From: Eledone cirrhosa
Lineage: Eukaryota
Direction of reading: 5' to 3'
Length of the DNA stretch: 64,000 nt
NCBI GenBank assembly: GCA_964016885.1
Contig: OZ024756.1
Coordinates: 18,228,001-18,292,000 of the forward strand
Part shown: piece after piece, positions 1 through 13,100 of the stretch
Position numbering within the stretch: position 1 is the stretch's first letter
Layout: every line of letters starts with the position of its first letter
Notes under the pieces: generated by a model
Database searches by the model: none
Told to the model about the DNA's origin: nothing
What the model saw: only the letters and a program-made list of their open reading frames with translations
Program-made: the position numbers and the translations under genes

Positions 1-766
1 AGAGTAACAAGACTCACTATTTAGCCTTAATAAAATAAATATATATATATATATATGTGTGTGTGTCTCAATAGCCATTTGTATATAAATAATTGTTTCT
101 ACTTTTGGCACAAGGCCAGCAATTATCCAATGAATTACTGGTACTTTATTTTATCGACCTCGTAAGGATGAAAGGCAAAGTTAACCTCGGCGGGATTTGA
201 ACTCAGAATGGCAAGGGCCGTAACTCTACGCGTCAAAGCATGGCGTCCGACCCTCTACCGATACTGCCAATTCACCATGTATGTGTGAGCTTGTGAATAT
301 GAGTGTGATGGTAGATAGACAGATAAATGCATAGATAGATAGATAGAGTGATAAACAAAGGCATGAATGAGAGAAAGAAAACAAAGAAGAAAAGAAAGAG
401 AGAAAGAAAAGAAAGAAATGGTCAGCAATTGTTCTTTTCACTAAATTCTCTTGACACTTATATCTGCAAAAATAACATAAGATGGAGGAAGGGGGAAATC
501 TTGGGGGGAGGGGGTTTAAATACATGTCAAGTTTGTTTTTATATTGCTTGTGGCATTAACAGTGTTGTAGAGGATTTTACCATTATTTACTCTATATATA
601 CTATTGTATTTTCATGGTAAATTCTTTATCTAACATATTATCTCACAAAATATTGAATCTATGAGATTTTGATGTTATTTGTGTTGAGAACAATTACCTT
701 AACATCAGTATAAATGGTTTGAACAGAATGAGGTGAGAGAATTCTGGCTGGATATAGCCGGTTTAA

Positions 767-987
767 CCCTTTAGCATTCAAACCGGCCATATCCGGCTAG
801 AAATTTCTCACCTCTTTCTGTTTAAACCAGCTGTAACTGACCGCTCATACTGATGTTAAGGTATTGTTCTCAAAATAAATATTATTAAAATCTCATATAT
901 TCGATATTATGTGAGATAATTATGTGAAATAAAGCCTTTACTGTGAAAATATAATAGTAAATATAAAGTAATGTAAATGCTAAAGGG
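767..987 (+). mobile_element. ~220-bp piggyBac-type MITE (representative; further copies at ~580-766, 1440-1530, 2040-2160, 2583-2803, 42130-42272, 43196-43392, 44052-44601, 53690-53790, 55329-55533, 55692-55865)
   Basis: TTAA|CCCTTTAGCATT...AATGCTAAAGGG|TTAA terminal inverted repeats with TTAA duplication. Confidence 0.88.
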
Positions 988-1764
988 TTAAATGCTAAAA
1001 CAACAATGTTGAATTTCTGCACTGGTACTATAGGGTACCTAAAGAGAAAACTATGTTGTACATACCTTAGAATTTCAACCATCTTTCTTTCTCCCATTTT
1101 TCTCTATATTTCCCTATTCTTTCTTTCCTTTTGATAAATCAAATGTCCAAACTACTAAGAGATTTATAGAAAAACAACAACAATATGAACAAAGAAACTG
1201 GAGAGACAGAATTCTGTCAAACTTTAGAATTAACTAGAAAAATGTTTTCATATTCAACTCTTAACATCTTGTACCATGTGAAACGTATAGAAGAAAATCA
1301 CATGAAAAATTTAAGTGTTTACCTCCAATATACTGCAAAATTTGATAATGATCTGTCCACTAATAAAGGTATTATGTTAAAAACCTAGTGAAGGAAATTG
1401 ACAGAAGAATCTCTTGCTTATCATCCAATAGATACACACAAGCATGAGTGGCCAGTTACAGCTGGTTTGAACAGAAAGAGGTGAGAGAATTCTGGCTGGA
1501 TATGGTCGGTTTAAATGCTAAAGGGTTAAAGCTACTGAAATTGGCTGATACTTTACATGCGTGGCCAATTGACAGAGTTATTTGGAAGTTAGATGGGAAT
1601 ACTTGGCTGGATTTGTTCCGGATCTCTGCACTCCAGGAGTTCAAATCCAATGAAGGTCGACTCTACCTTTCAGGTAATCAAATAAAAAAAATAATAAACA
1701 CCAGCAGCAGCACCAGTCCAGTGCTGGGGATTGATTTTTCCTCCTCTCTCTCTCAAAATCACCT

Positions 1765-1839
<75 letters not shown>

Positions 1840-2340
1840 CGGAAGAAATCAGTTGTGTTCAGACCTGGAGATTTAATCTCTGGCTGACCACAGCATGACT
1901 ACAAGGCCATGATTTGGTCTTTGATGGACCATAACATGACAACAAAGCCATAATTCAATCTCTCACTGACCACAGCATAACCACAAAGCCACAATTCGAA
2001 CTCTCAATGACCACAGCATAGCAACTGTATAGCATAGCAAAGGTATTGTTCTCAAAATAAATAATATCAAAATTTCATAGATTCGATATTATATGAGGTA
2101 AAGCCTTTACCGTTGAAATATAATAGTATATATAGAGTAATGTAAATACTAAAGGGTTAAAAACGGTATTCCTAGATAGACTGTGGTCAGAAAACAGAAG
2201 TGAAATGAGTAAAACTAGTTGTCAAGTTAAGCTAGTCTTGAGAGGAGAGATCAATAATAAGCCTTGTCAAACTCAAAAGTCGTTTATTACAAACAAAAGG
2301 TGTATTAAATAGCATAACCATAAATGGGGGGGGGGTGTCA

Positions 2341-2860
2341 CAGTCAGGTGACTGTCTTTTGTCAGACATGCAGGTGTTTTAAGATGTGTCTGGAATGTTC
2401 CATTATGTAGTGAGAATGGATCTGGAGGGGTGTGAGGGTGCAGTCATGTGACTGTGTTTTATCAGACATGCAGGTGTTTTAAGATGTGTCTGGAATGTTC
2501 CATTATGTAGTGAAAATGGATCTGGAGGGGTGTGAAGGTGCAGTCATGTGACTGTGTTTTATCAGACATGCAGGTGTTTTAACCCTTTGGCATTTAAACC
2601 GGCTGTGTCTGGCCAGAATTCTCTCACCTCTTCCTGTTCAAACTGGCCATAACTGGCCACTCATACTGATGTTAAGGTATTGTTCTCAAAATAAATAATA
2701 TCAAAATCTCATAGATTTGATATTATGTGAGATAATTATGTGAGGTAAAGTCTTTACCATGAAAATATGATTGCAAATATAGAGTAATCTAAATGCTAAA
2801 GGGTTAAGATATGTCTGGGATGTTCCATTATGTAGTGAGAATGGATGTGGAGGGGTGTAA
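2341..2860. repeat. 100-bp tandem repeat x3, third unit interrupted by a MITE
   Basis: CAGTCA(G/T)GTG starts at 2341, 2441 and 2541. Confidence 0.9.
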
Positions 2861-3487
2861 GAGTTAAAGAAGGTGCCACTCATGTGCGGTCATCATCATC
2901 ATTGCCGATTAATGTTCATTTTTCCATGCTTGCATGAGTCAGACGGGTCGTCCATGCCGGGAGGCAAGTCTGGCCAGGGTTGGCCACCTGAGGATGGGGA
3001 TTATATGTTTAATCCTGAGTAAAATATCATCATCATTTAACGTCCATCTTCCACGCTATCATGGGTAGGACGGGCTATCCCATATGAAGGATCAAGTCAG
3101 TGGAGCGTGATCTTGGTTTCTATGGCTGGATGCCCTTCCTAACGCCAACCACATTTACAGTGTATGCTGGATGCTTTTTGCCATCTCGCCTACACAACCA
3201 CTTTACAATGTGGACTGGGTGCTTTTTGTCGTGACACCTACACAACCACTTTACAGAGTGGACTGGGTGCTTTTTGCCATGACACCTACACAACCACTCC
3301 ACTTTACAGAGTGGACTGGGCAGTGTGTCCAAAAAATGTTTTGAATTCAACACATCAAAAAAAGACATATTGATCACACAGCTGGAATGTCATTGATCCT
3401 AAGTCTGCTCCAGTCAGGGCTCACATGGAGATGTAAATCAACGGCTAACTTATTGATTATACTAATGTCTATAGAGCAAGTCGTTAA

Positions 3488-3611
3488 TACTAACGAATGT
3501 TTTACTTTACTTTTCAGTGGGACAAATTGAGAAATTGCTTGGCAACTGACAGAAGGCTTCTATATAGAATGTCTGACTTTAATTCTTAAGCATGCAAATC
3601 AGTCAATAAAT
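3488..3611 (+). other. Strong 3' splice site and probable terminal exon of a gene starting left of the window
   Basis: Perfect branch point TACTAAC (3488-3494) plus ttttactttacttttcag (AG 3516-3517). All three frames stop within 24 codons (e.g. GQIEKLLGN*). AATAAA at 3606-3611. Confidence 0.4.
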
Positions 3612-5538
3612 CACTTGAACCACACAACTACATACAACAGTTAATTATCAAGAGTGACAGTCTATAGAACGACATTGTTGGTGACGATACCTCAGTGACA
3701 GCTTTTTAAAGCTGTCATTGATGAGGTTTCCTTTCACTCACAGCAAGAGGGGCATATCATGTTTAGCTTCCAAGAACAATGGGTTGGAAAATATATATAT
3801 ATTTTTTTTTTAGATTTTAGGATTAATTTCCATTTTCTTGGGGGTTTTTTTCTGTTGATGTTGCTGTTGTTGTTGTTCATCATCATCATCAGCATTGTTT
3901 AACATCCATTTTCCAAACTAGCATGGGTTAGATGGGTCGTCCCATTTGAGGAAAGTGGGGTCAGGTGACCATATTTTACTCATATAGGACTGTTTCTGGC
4001 TAGGTTTATATGGCTGGATGCCCTTCCTAACACCAACTACAGTTACAGTGTGGGCTGCGTGCTTTTCGTCATGACACCTATATGACCACTTTGCAGTGTG
4101 GGTTGGATATGTTTTGTTAAGTTTCATTTTTTATATGATAAGCAACACTATTTCTCAATGAATTTTCCCAAATTTTGGCAAAGATCCAGAGCCATCATCA
4201 TAATTTTACATCTATTTTCTATGCTTGCATGGGTTAGATAGGCTGTCATGCACTGAGGTTAGATAGGCAGGTCAGACAACTGCATCTTGCTCATATGTTC
4301 CATCTTGGCATGGTTTCTACAGCTGAATACCTGCCCTTCATAACACAAACCACTTTGTGGCATATACTGGGTTTGTTTTCTGGTGGCTCCACCACTATTT
4401 TCCATCCTAAAATTGTCCGAGGACAAAAGATCCTGACTCAGAGGCTCTACTTTTCCCTAAGATAAAATAGGGTAGACTCAAGAAAGGATATAGAGAAAGA
4501 CTGAAAATTCTAATGGAGTGGAAGCAGGAGAGTTGGAGAAGAGTGTTCTAAAACTAAATATTGTTATTTTGTGTTCTAAAATCATTTATTCATTCAATAT
4601 GATCCAATGAAAGTTTATCATGATAATTATACATCTCCACTGTATATCTTTCAAATACCATTTCTGTGTATATATATATATTTATATATATGTGTGTGTA
4701 TAAGACTTTATGAAGGCACATGGCTTAGTGGTTAGAGAATTGGGCTTGCAATTGAGAGGTGGTGAGTTCGATTCTCGGACTGGGTGATGCGTTGTGTCCT
4801 TGAGCAAGACACTTTATTTCACATTGCTCCAGTTTACTCAGCTGTAGAAATGAGTTGCGACGTCACTGGTGCCAAGCTGTATCGCCCATTGCCTTTCCCT
4901 TGGACAACATCGGTGGTGTAGAGAAGGGAGACTGGTATGCATGGGCGACTACTGGTCTTCCACAAAAAACCTTGCCCAGGCTTGTGCCTCGGAGGGAAAC
5001 TTTCTAGGTGCATACCATGGTCATTAGTAACCGAATGGGGCCAAAGAAAGAAGAATAAGACTTAATATAGAAATTACTTCTACAAGACTAGAACTGTTTC
5101 ATTCGAAGGATATCATCAGGAAAGCCCTTTCCTTCGAAAGAAACAGTTCTGTCCTGTAGAAGTAATTTCTATATTAAATCTTGTATATACTCTACTATGT
5201 ATTGAGTACCTTATTTACTGTGGTTACCCCCCGACTGAACTCAACACACACACACACATACATATATATATCATCATCATCATTTAACGTCCATCTTCCA
5301 CGCTAGCATGGGTTAGATGTATATATATATTAAAAAAACGATGAAGTTTTGTTTACAAGTATTAGATTTTTTATTGTGTATCAAGCTGTTATGTGAATTG
5401 ACTCAGGGTCACTCATATGATGACCCAGTATAAGACCATATTGTATCAGTAGTGACAATTCGGAGTTGCCGACGGCTGACATCAAGTAAATAGGGTGCTT
5501 ATTTTGGTACCATCACCAGTAACTCAGTGAATCACCTA

Positions 5539-5593
<55 letters not shown>

Positions 5594-5615
5594 TATATAC
5601 ATATATGTGTGTGTG

Positions 5616-5720
<105 letters not shown>

Positions 5721-5747
5721 ATATATATATACACATATATATATATA

Positions 5748-6160
5748 TGGTAGTGAGACATGGGCAGCAACTGCAGAGGATACGTGACGGCTGGAGAGAA
5801 ATGAAGCAAGCATGCTCCGTTGGATGTGCAATGTCAATGTGCGTGAACGACCGAGCATGCATGTATTGAGAGAGAAACTGTGTCTGAGAGGGATAGATTG
5901 TAGTGTGTGGCAGAGGAGACTGCGATGGTATGGACATGTGATGCGCATGGAGGATGACCAATGGGTGAAGAAGTGCCAGGAAATGCCAGTTGAAGGAAGA
6001 TGTGGTAAAAGTAGACCACGAAAAACATGGGCGGAGGTGGTGAGAGCAGACCTCAGATCGCTGAAGCTCATGGTGGAGAGATGCTGTGCTGAATAGGACC
6101 CATCCCACCCTTGCAAGCAGGGAAAAGCAGATGTAAAATGATGATGATGATGCTGATGAT
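5748..6160 (+). mobile_element. RTE LINE 3' end inserted in a (TA)n tract
   Basis: [22 protein letters not shown] and RPRKTW motifs; (GAT)n tail. Confidence 0.88.
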
Positions 6161-6167
6161 ATATATA

Positions 6168-7424
6168 CAGTGTGTGGACGATATTTGTTCGCAATTTTCA
6201 ACTGCTAATTTTATGCAAATTTTTTTTACTTCCGTTGTCATTCTTGTCTTCATAAAAACAGTGACTATATTTTCATTATTTATTTTCAGAATAATTGATT
6301 ATGAATAATTTTGAACCTCCAAATTTGTGGAAGAGACACGCAGTTCTTCTTGGAATCCCGGGAGGACAAATAAGGAAATTTCAGACTTTCTCAGCGTCAG
6401 CAGGAGAATGGTGGAAAAGGTCAGAAAGGAATTGGAGGATTCAGGATTCAACTACGAAGCAACATCAGAGATGAAAACACATGATCGACGATCTGACGCC
6501 TTCAGAAAGCCTGAGTTCATTGCTGAGTTCATCAACAATGAACCTAGCAAGTCGATGCGTGCCATTGCAAGGCAGAAAGGCATGTATGAAAAGCTCATTA
6601 GGCTGGTGGTTCATGAAGACATTCGCTACGTTTCATACAAGATGAGGAAAGGACAATTTCTGTCAAAGGCGATGCAAGAAAAGCAACTGAAGCACACAAA
6701 GAAGCCATCAACAAGTTGAAACACCCACTGGAGCCAGACATGCTGTGGTTTTTCTCTGACGAGAAAAACTTCTGCCAAGACCAGAAGATCAACTCCCAAA
6801 ACAACAGATGGCTCACTGTCTCATCCAAAGACGTTTCCAGAGTCATGCAGACAAAGTTTCCAGCGACAACATTGGTCTTAGGTATTGTCAGCAGTCAAGG
6901 TGACGTCATGCCACCTCACTTCTTCTGCGTTCTGAGCGAGGTAGTAAAGCCCTGGATCGACCAGGTAGCTGCAGGTAGGCCATACGTGTGGCAGCAAGAC
7001 TCAGTGCACTGCCATACCAGCCGAAAGACCCAAGCCTGGCTGTCAGAGAACTTCGTCAACCACACTTCCCCTGACATCTGGCCTCCCAGCTCACCTGACT
7101 GCAACCCCCTCGACTTCTTTGTGTGGGGCGCAGTGGAATGAGACACCAACCGATCTAGCTGCAATACGAAAGACAATCTGAAGGCCAGGATCACACGTGC
7201 CTTTAGGGGCCTAAGCCAGGGGATAGTGACGAAGGCCTGTAGCCGGTTCCGAGGCCGACTTGAGGCCATCATCAAAGCCAATGGCGGGTTTATCGAGTGA
7301 GATCGAAAGAACAAGTCATGAAGACAAACTGACTCAAGTTTGATAAATATATCTTAAAAAATAAAACTATTGTGTTATTATTTCCTAGACAGTAATCTTG
7401 TGAACAAATATCGTCCGCACCCTG
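6168..7424 (+). mobile_element. Tc1/mariner superfamily, maT (DD37D) transposon; end-to-end but inactivated
   Basis: TA target duplications; ~27-bp imperfect TIRs CAG(T/G)GTG(T/C)GGACGATATTTGTTC(G/A)CAA. Transposase motifs WFFSDEK, QQDS and WPPSSPDCNPLD with 37 residues between D2 and D3. Frameshift near 6700 and premature TGA at 7139-7141. Confidence 0.93.
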
Positions 7425-7889
7425 TATATATATGTAGAGAGAGAGTTAAAAACTCACAATAGTCCCTTATAATCAAAGTAGCTCAAGGAAAATATTTCCC
7501 GAGCCTTATAATACAATAAAGAGAGATAAACACAGATATATACATATATGTGTTCAAATCACAAGGGACGTAAACTGCCAGGGTGAAGAAAATACTGATT
7601 AATATATATATATAGTAGAATAATCAAGAATCGGAATATCAGCCCTCAAAATCACGATAAACAATATCCGATATATGTGGCAGAGGGCTCAATAATTTGA
7701 AAAAATCAGAGCTATAACTATCGTTAAAATACCAACACATAGAGGTCATGCCTAAAATCACCCATGCAGCCGAAAATAAACGACCAGGAAGATTCGGGTC
7801 ACTCAAATAAAATATCAATAAATTAATAAATTAAATGAATGTATATATATATATATATATATATATCATCATCATCATATATATATATC

Positions 7890-8597
7890 ATCATCATCAT
7901 CATCATCATCACCGTTTTACGTCCGTTCTTCCACGCTAGCATGAGTTAGACCGGTTGTCCTGTTGTGTGCAGTGTCTGGTCGACTGACCATGCCTTGCTC
8001 ATACAGGAACTGGTCTGGCTTGATTTCTACAGCTGGATGCCCTTCCTAACACCAACCTCATTTACAGTGAGTGCTGGGTGCTTTTTCGTGGCGCCTACAC
8101 GTCCACTTTACAGTGTGGGCTGGGTGCTTTTTTGCCGTGGCACCTCCACGACCACCTTGCGGTGGGGGGGGGGGGGGGGTGCATATTGTTTATATGCTTC
8201 AGCATGTACCCATGGGAGGTCGGGTACCCTGTATTACTGTGTGACGCCAGAAGTCATGGTCATGTGTCATTGACTTTGAGAGGTGTAGTTGGGTAAGGTC
8301 GGCTTTTATCACCTCATCCCAAGTCATCTTGGGTCTCCTCACTCCGCGGTTTCCATCAACTTCTAGTGCTCTGCACCTTTTTATGCAGCTGTCATCCTTC
8401 ATACGCATCACATGTCCATACCAGCGTAACTGCCTCTCCTGTACGCAGCATTTGATTCCTCTTATGCTCAGTCTCTCTCTCAATTCCTTTATGCTTTGTC
8501 GTTCATGTATATTACTGTTACACATCCATCGGAGCATGCAGGCTTCGTTTCTCTCTAATCTACGTAAGTCTTCCACCTTCAGCGTCCAGGTCTCACA
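7890..8597 (-). mobile_element. RTE LINE 3' fragment, near-identical to 39870-40570
   Basis: Same translation (ETW.LKVEDLRR.ERNEAC...QGTRPPMGTC), same 3' UTR and (GAT)n tail. Confidence 0.93.
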
Positions 8598-9604
8598 TAT
8601 ATATATATAATATTGAAACGAAGTCATCGGAAGAACTGGTGTATCTCCAACCGTTCTGTCACCCATTCAATGCTTGAATTAAGTCAGCATCATTAAGATA
8701 CCAACCAAAAAAGAAAGTAGAGGGCACACTTATATGTTAAATAGTAAAAGAGACGATTTTGTGTGGGTATATATATATATATATCCTTGATATTTTTCTA
8801 ATATTGAATTATATATACATGCTTGTAACTCTTTCAGATTCACGCATTCAAACATACATACAATGCATTCCTATCTCAGTCATGTTGCTACAATAAAAAG
8901 TTTGTTTTCTAATCACAAGGTCCTGGGTTCTAACCCTACATTTGTCCCTGTAAATAGTTATTTCTCCCAAGTTATTCCATACATTTAAGCCTGTCCTGTA
9001 TGTCATTTATACATACATGCTGAACATCTATGTAAGTTTATCCTAGAAATTAATTATCAAAATATCATATTCTCCTCTTTAATCCCTTCCATGTGTCAGT
9101 AAGCAACATAAACTATAAGGTTTCTCTTATGTAAACCATTAATTTATGAAAACATAGGTTTCCCAGTTTGTATGATTGTTCTTATATCTGATAATACAGA
9201 TATGTATGACATATCAATCCTGGACTCCCAAAATTAAATACATTTAATGTTATTAATTATCATTATTGCTTACGGGGTTGATAAAATAAAGTACCAGTCA
9301 CACACTGGGGTCGATTTAATCGACTTTCTCCTCCCTGAAAATTGCTGGCCTTGTGCCTATATAAGAAACCATTATTGTTTGCCTTTCATCATTACGGGGT
9401 CGATAAAATAAAGTACCAGTAATGCACTGGGTAATTGCTGGCCTTGTGCCAAAAGTAGAAACAATTATTGATGATTGAGGTCCACTAGTTTCTAATAAAA
9501 GACTATTACAATATTTTAGGTAGTTTAGCTTACCTTTTCTCCTCTTCCTCAATAGCCATGTCAGCCAATTTCTTGGGTTGGGAATTCATTTTCCTAGCAT
9601 AGCT

Positions 9605-9870
9605 TTGTGTGTGTCGTCTGTTGTGTTTTGTGTGTGTCGTCTGTTGTGTTTTGTGTGTGTCGTCTGTTGTGTTTTGTGTGTGTCGTCTGTTGTGTTTTGT
9701 GTGTGTCGTCTGTTGTGTTTTGTGTGTGTCGTCTGTTGTGTTTTGTGTGTGTCGTCTGTTGTGTTTTGTGTGTGTCGTCTGTTGTGTTTTGTGTGTGTCG
9801 TCTGTTGTGTTTTGTGTGTGTCGTCTGTTGTGTTTTGTGTGTGTCGTCTGTTGTGTTTTGTCTGTTGTCT
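9605..9870. repeat. 23-bp minisatellite, ~11 perfect units
   Basis: Unit GTGTGTGTCGTCTGTTGTGTTTT. Confidence 0.95.
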
Positions 9871-10135
9871 GTGATGTCTGTGATGTTGTGTGCCGTCTGT
9901 GATGTTGTGTGTGGTGCTTTGTGCCATTGTTGTGTGTTGTGTTGTCTACAGTGTTGTGTGTTGCCTGCAGTGTTGTGTCATCTACCGTCCGATGTATTGC
10001 AGCTTGTCAATGCAGAGTTCCACACCAATCTTATGTAAACTGTTTGGCTGTGTAACTTAACTCCATAGTTCTCTCTCTCTCTCTCTTTCTAAACAGTCAA
10101 CTGTCACAACTACTGTTTGAAACTTTAATTTAATG

Positions 10136-10196
<61 letters not shown>

Positions 10197-10379
10197 CTCT
10201 CTATATATGCCTCTATCTCTTTTACTACATGTCTGTCCATCTCTCTCTCTCTCTATTTATCACTCCCTCTTCCTCCTCTCCCCCTCTCTCTATAGTTTAC
10301 CATTTCTTACCTCCCTCCTCCTACTACATATACCTTACTTAGCATCTCCCTTCTCCTTCACTTTTATTTCATTTTTTTC

Positions 10380-10650
10380 TTCTCCTTCTCTTTCTTCTTC
10401 TTCATCTCTTTCTTCTTCTTCTTCTTCTTCTTCTTCTTCTTCTTCTTCATCTCTTTCTTCTTCTTCATCTCTTTCTTCTTCTTCTTCTTCTTCTTCTTCT
10501 TCTTCTTCTTCTTCTTCTTCTTCTCTTTCTTCTTCTTCTTCTTCTCTTTCTTCTTCTTCTTCTCTTTCTTCTTCTTCTCTTTCTTCTTCTCTTTCTTCTT
10601 CTTCTTCTTCTTCTTCTTCTTCTTCTTCTTCTTCTTCTTCTTCTTCTTTC
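10380..10650. repeat. (TTC)n/(GAA)n microsatellite
   Basis: Direct inspection. Confidence 0.97.
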
Positions 10651-10699
10651 TTATCCATTTATTTTGTTTTGGAGGATATTTTTACATTTTTAAAAATTA

Positions 10700-12722
10700 T
10701 ACGCGAGGACGTTGGGTGTTCAGGATTGCGAAACAGTGTGTCAAGGAAAACTGTGATATTATCGGGGAGAAGTGTGTCCGTAATGACGATGGTATACTTG
10801 GCATCACTGATACTAACAAGAAGGTAGCATGGAAGTGTCACTACGAGAGACTACTAAATGAGGAGAATAAATGGGATAAAGATAGTCAGCCCCAAATTGA
10901 TCCAACAGAGGGACCAGCTGTGCAAGTTAATGGTAGTATAGTAAGTAAGGCAATCAAAGATATGAAGACAGGCAAGGCAGCTAGGGCTTCGGAGATAGTT
11001 GCTGAAATGTTGAAAGTATCTGGAATGGTAGGACATACTGTGGTCACCCGGATAGTAAACCAAGTAATACAGAATGGAGTCATACCAAATGACTGGCGTA
11101 GCAGCATCATCGTCAACCGTTGCCAGGGCAAAGGAGATGCCCTAGATAGAGGAAACTATAGAGGCATTAAGTTAGTTGACCAGGTCATGAAGGTCACAGA
11201 AAGAGTTATTATACAACTGATTAGAGACAGAATTGATCTAGATGAAATGCAGTTTGGGTTTGTGCCAGGTAAAAGTACCACAGATGCTTTCTTCCTTGTA
11301 CGGCAACTACAGGAGAAGTACCTAACTAAAAGTAAACCCCTCTACTTAGCTTTTGTTGACTAGGAGAAAGCCTTTGACAGAGTCCCCCGCTCTATTATCT
11401 GGTGGGCTCTTAGAAAACTAGTAGATGAGTGGCTTGTGAGAGCTATACAAGCCATGTATAAAGGAACATTCAACAAGGTTAGAATTAACAATGAATATAG
11501 TGGGAATTTAGCGTAAAAGTAGGTGTTCACCAAGGCTCCGTCCTTAGCCCCTTCCGGTTGATTATTGTCCTACAGGCTATAACAGAGGAGTTTAAGACCA
11601 GCTGCCCATGGAAACTTCTATATGCAGATGATCTAACTGTCATAACTGAATCTATGGCTGAGCTAGAAAAGCATGGAAGCATGGCCTAGAATCTAAGAAT
11701 GTAGATTTTATATGTGGCCGATGCTCAGGTGTAATAAGTAGCAAGTGCCCACTAGATACTAACTCCTTCAACTGCCCAGATGGTTCTATAGAAATAGTAG
11801 ACACTTTCTGTTACTTGGGTGACAAAATCAGAAAGTATAGTAGCCAGAGTTAGAACGGGATGGAAAAAGTTCAGTGAGCTAATACCACTGTTGGCCACAA
11901 AGGATTTTTCTCTGAAATTGTCAGATTGTATGATGCTTGTATACGAACGGCAATATTACATGGTAGCAAGACCTAGGCACTGTGTGCAGAACACTTGTGT
12001 AGATTAGATAGTAACAAAGCTTGCATGCTCCAATGGATGTGTAATAGTAATGTACGCGAATGGCAAAGCATAAACGAATTGAGATAGACTAAGCGTAAGA
12101 GGTATCAAATGTTGTGTGCAGGAGAGAAGATTGCATTGGTATGGATATGTGATGCGTTTGAAGGACAACAGCTGTATAAAAAAGTGCAGAGCAATTAAAA
12201 TTGATGGAAGCTACAGAGTGGGTAGACCAAGAAAAACCTGGGACAAGGCGATAAAAACTGACCTTGTTCACTTGCACCTCTCTAAGACAATGTCACTGGA
12301 TAGAGAATTTTGGCGCCATGTAGTTATTATGTAAAGGAAGTCCTGCCTTCCCTTACATATGAACTTAAACCTACAGTAAGTAGGCGCATCTTATCCCAAT
12401 ATACATCCCACCCCACACTGCCTACTCCATCCTCCCACTTCCGTCCACTGTAAACTGGTTGTGTAGGTGACACGGCAAAAAAGCACCCAGTCCACACTGT
12501 AACGTGGTTGTGTAGGGGACACGGTAATAAGGCTTCCAGTCCACACTGTAAATGTGGTTGGTGTTGGGAAGGGCATCAAGGATGCCAGTAGAAAACCTGT
12601 CAGAAACAGTTCTGTATGAGCAAGACACGGTTACCTGACCAATCTCGCCTCAAGTGGGACAAACCTGTCCAACCCATGCTAGCATGGGAGATGGACATTA
12701 AATGATGATGATGTTGATGATG
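10700..12722 (+). mobile_element. RTE LINE, older 5'-truncated copy with stops and deletions
   Basis: IPNDWRSS, NYRGIKL, QFGFVPGKST, LYADD and RLHWYG motifs; (GAT)n tail at ~12700-12722. Confidence 0.92.
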
Positions 12723-12761
12723 ATATTCTCTTGCAATTTATCACCATTTCTTCTTCTTCTT

Positions 12762-13100
12762 CCAAGCTCGTCTGACTGCAACCCCCTCGACTTCTTTGTG
12801 TGGGGCTCAGTGGAACGAGACACCAACTGATCTAGCTGCAATACGAAAGACGATCTGAAGGCCAGGATCACAAGTGCCTTTAGGGGCCTAAGTTGGGGGA
12901 CAGTGACGAAGACCTGTAGCCGGTTCCGAGGCCGACTTGAGGCCGTCATCAAAGCCAATGGCGGGTTTATCGAGTGAGATCGAAAGAACAAGTCATGAAG
13001 ACAAACTGACCCAAGTTTGATAAATAAATCTTAAAAAATAAAACTATTGTGTTACTTTTCCTAGACAGTAATCTTGCGAACAGATATCGTCCGCACCCTG
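12762..13100 (+). mobile_element. 3' fragment of the same maT family
   Basis: Near-identical to 7085-7424 including the right TIR and TA. Has CGA where the first copy has TGA. Confidence 0.92.

Noticed and set aside
1185-1388. 67-aa ORF as a host exon
   Set aside because: No recognisable homology and no clear acceptor; lies among MITE fragments.
10207-10827. Poly-Ser / poly-Glu ORFs
   Set aside because: (TTC)n tract running into a LINE fragment.
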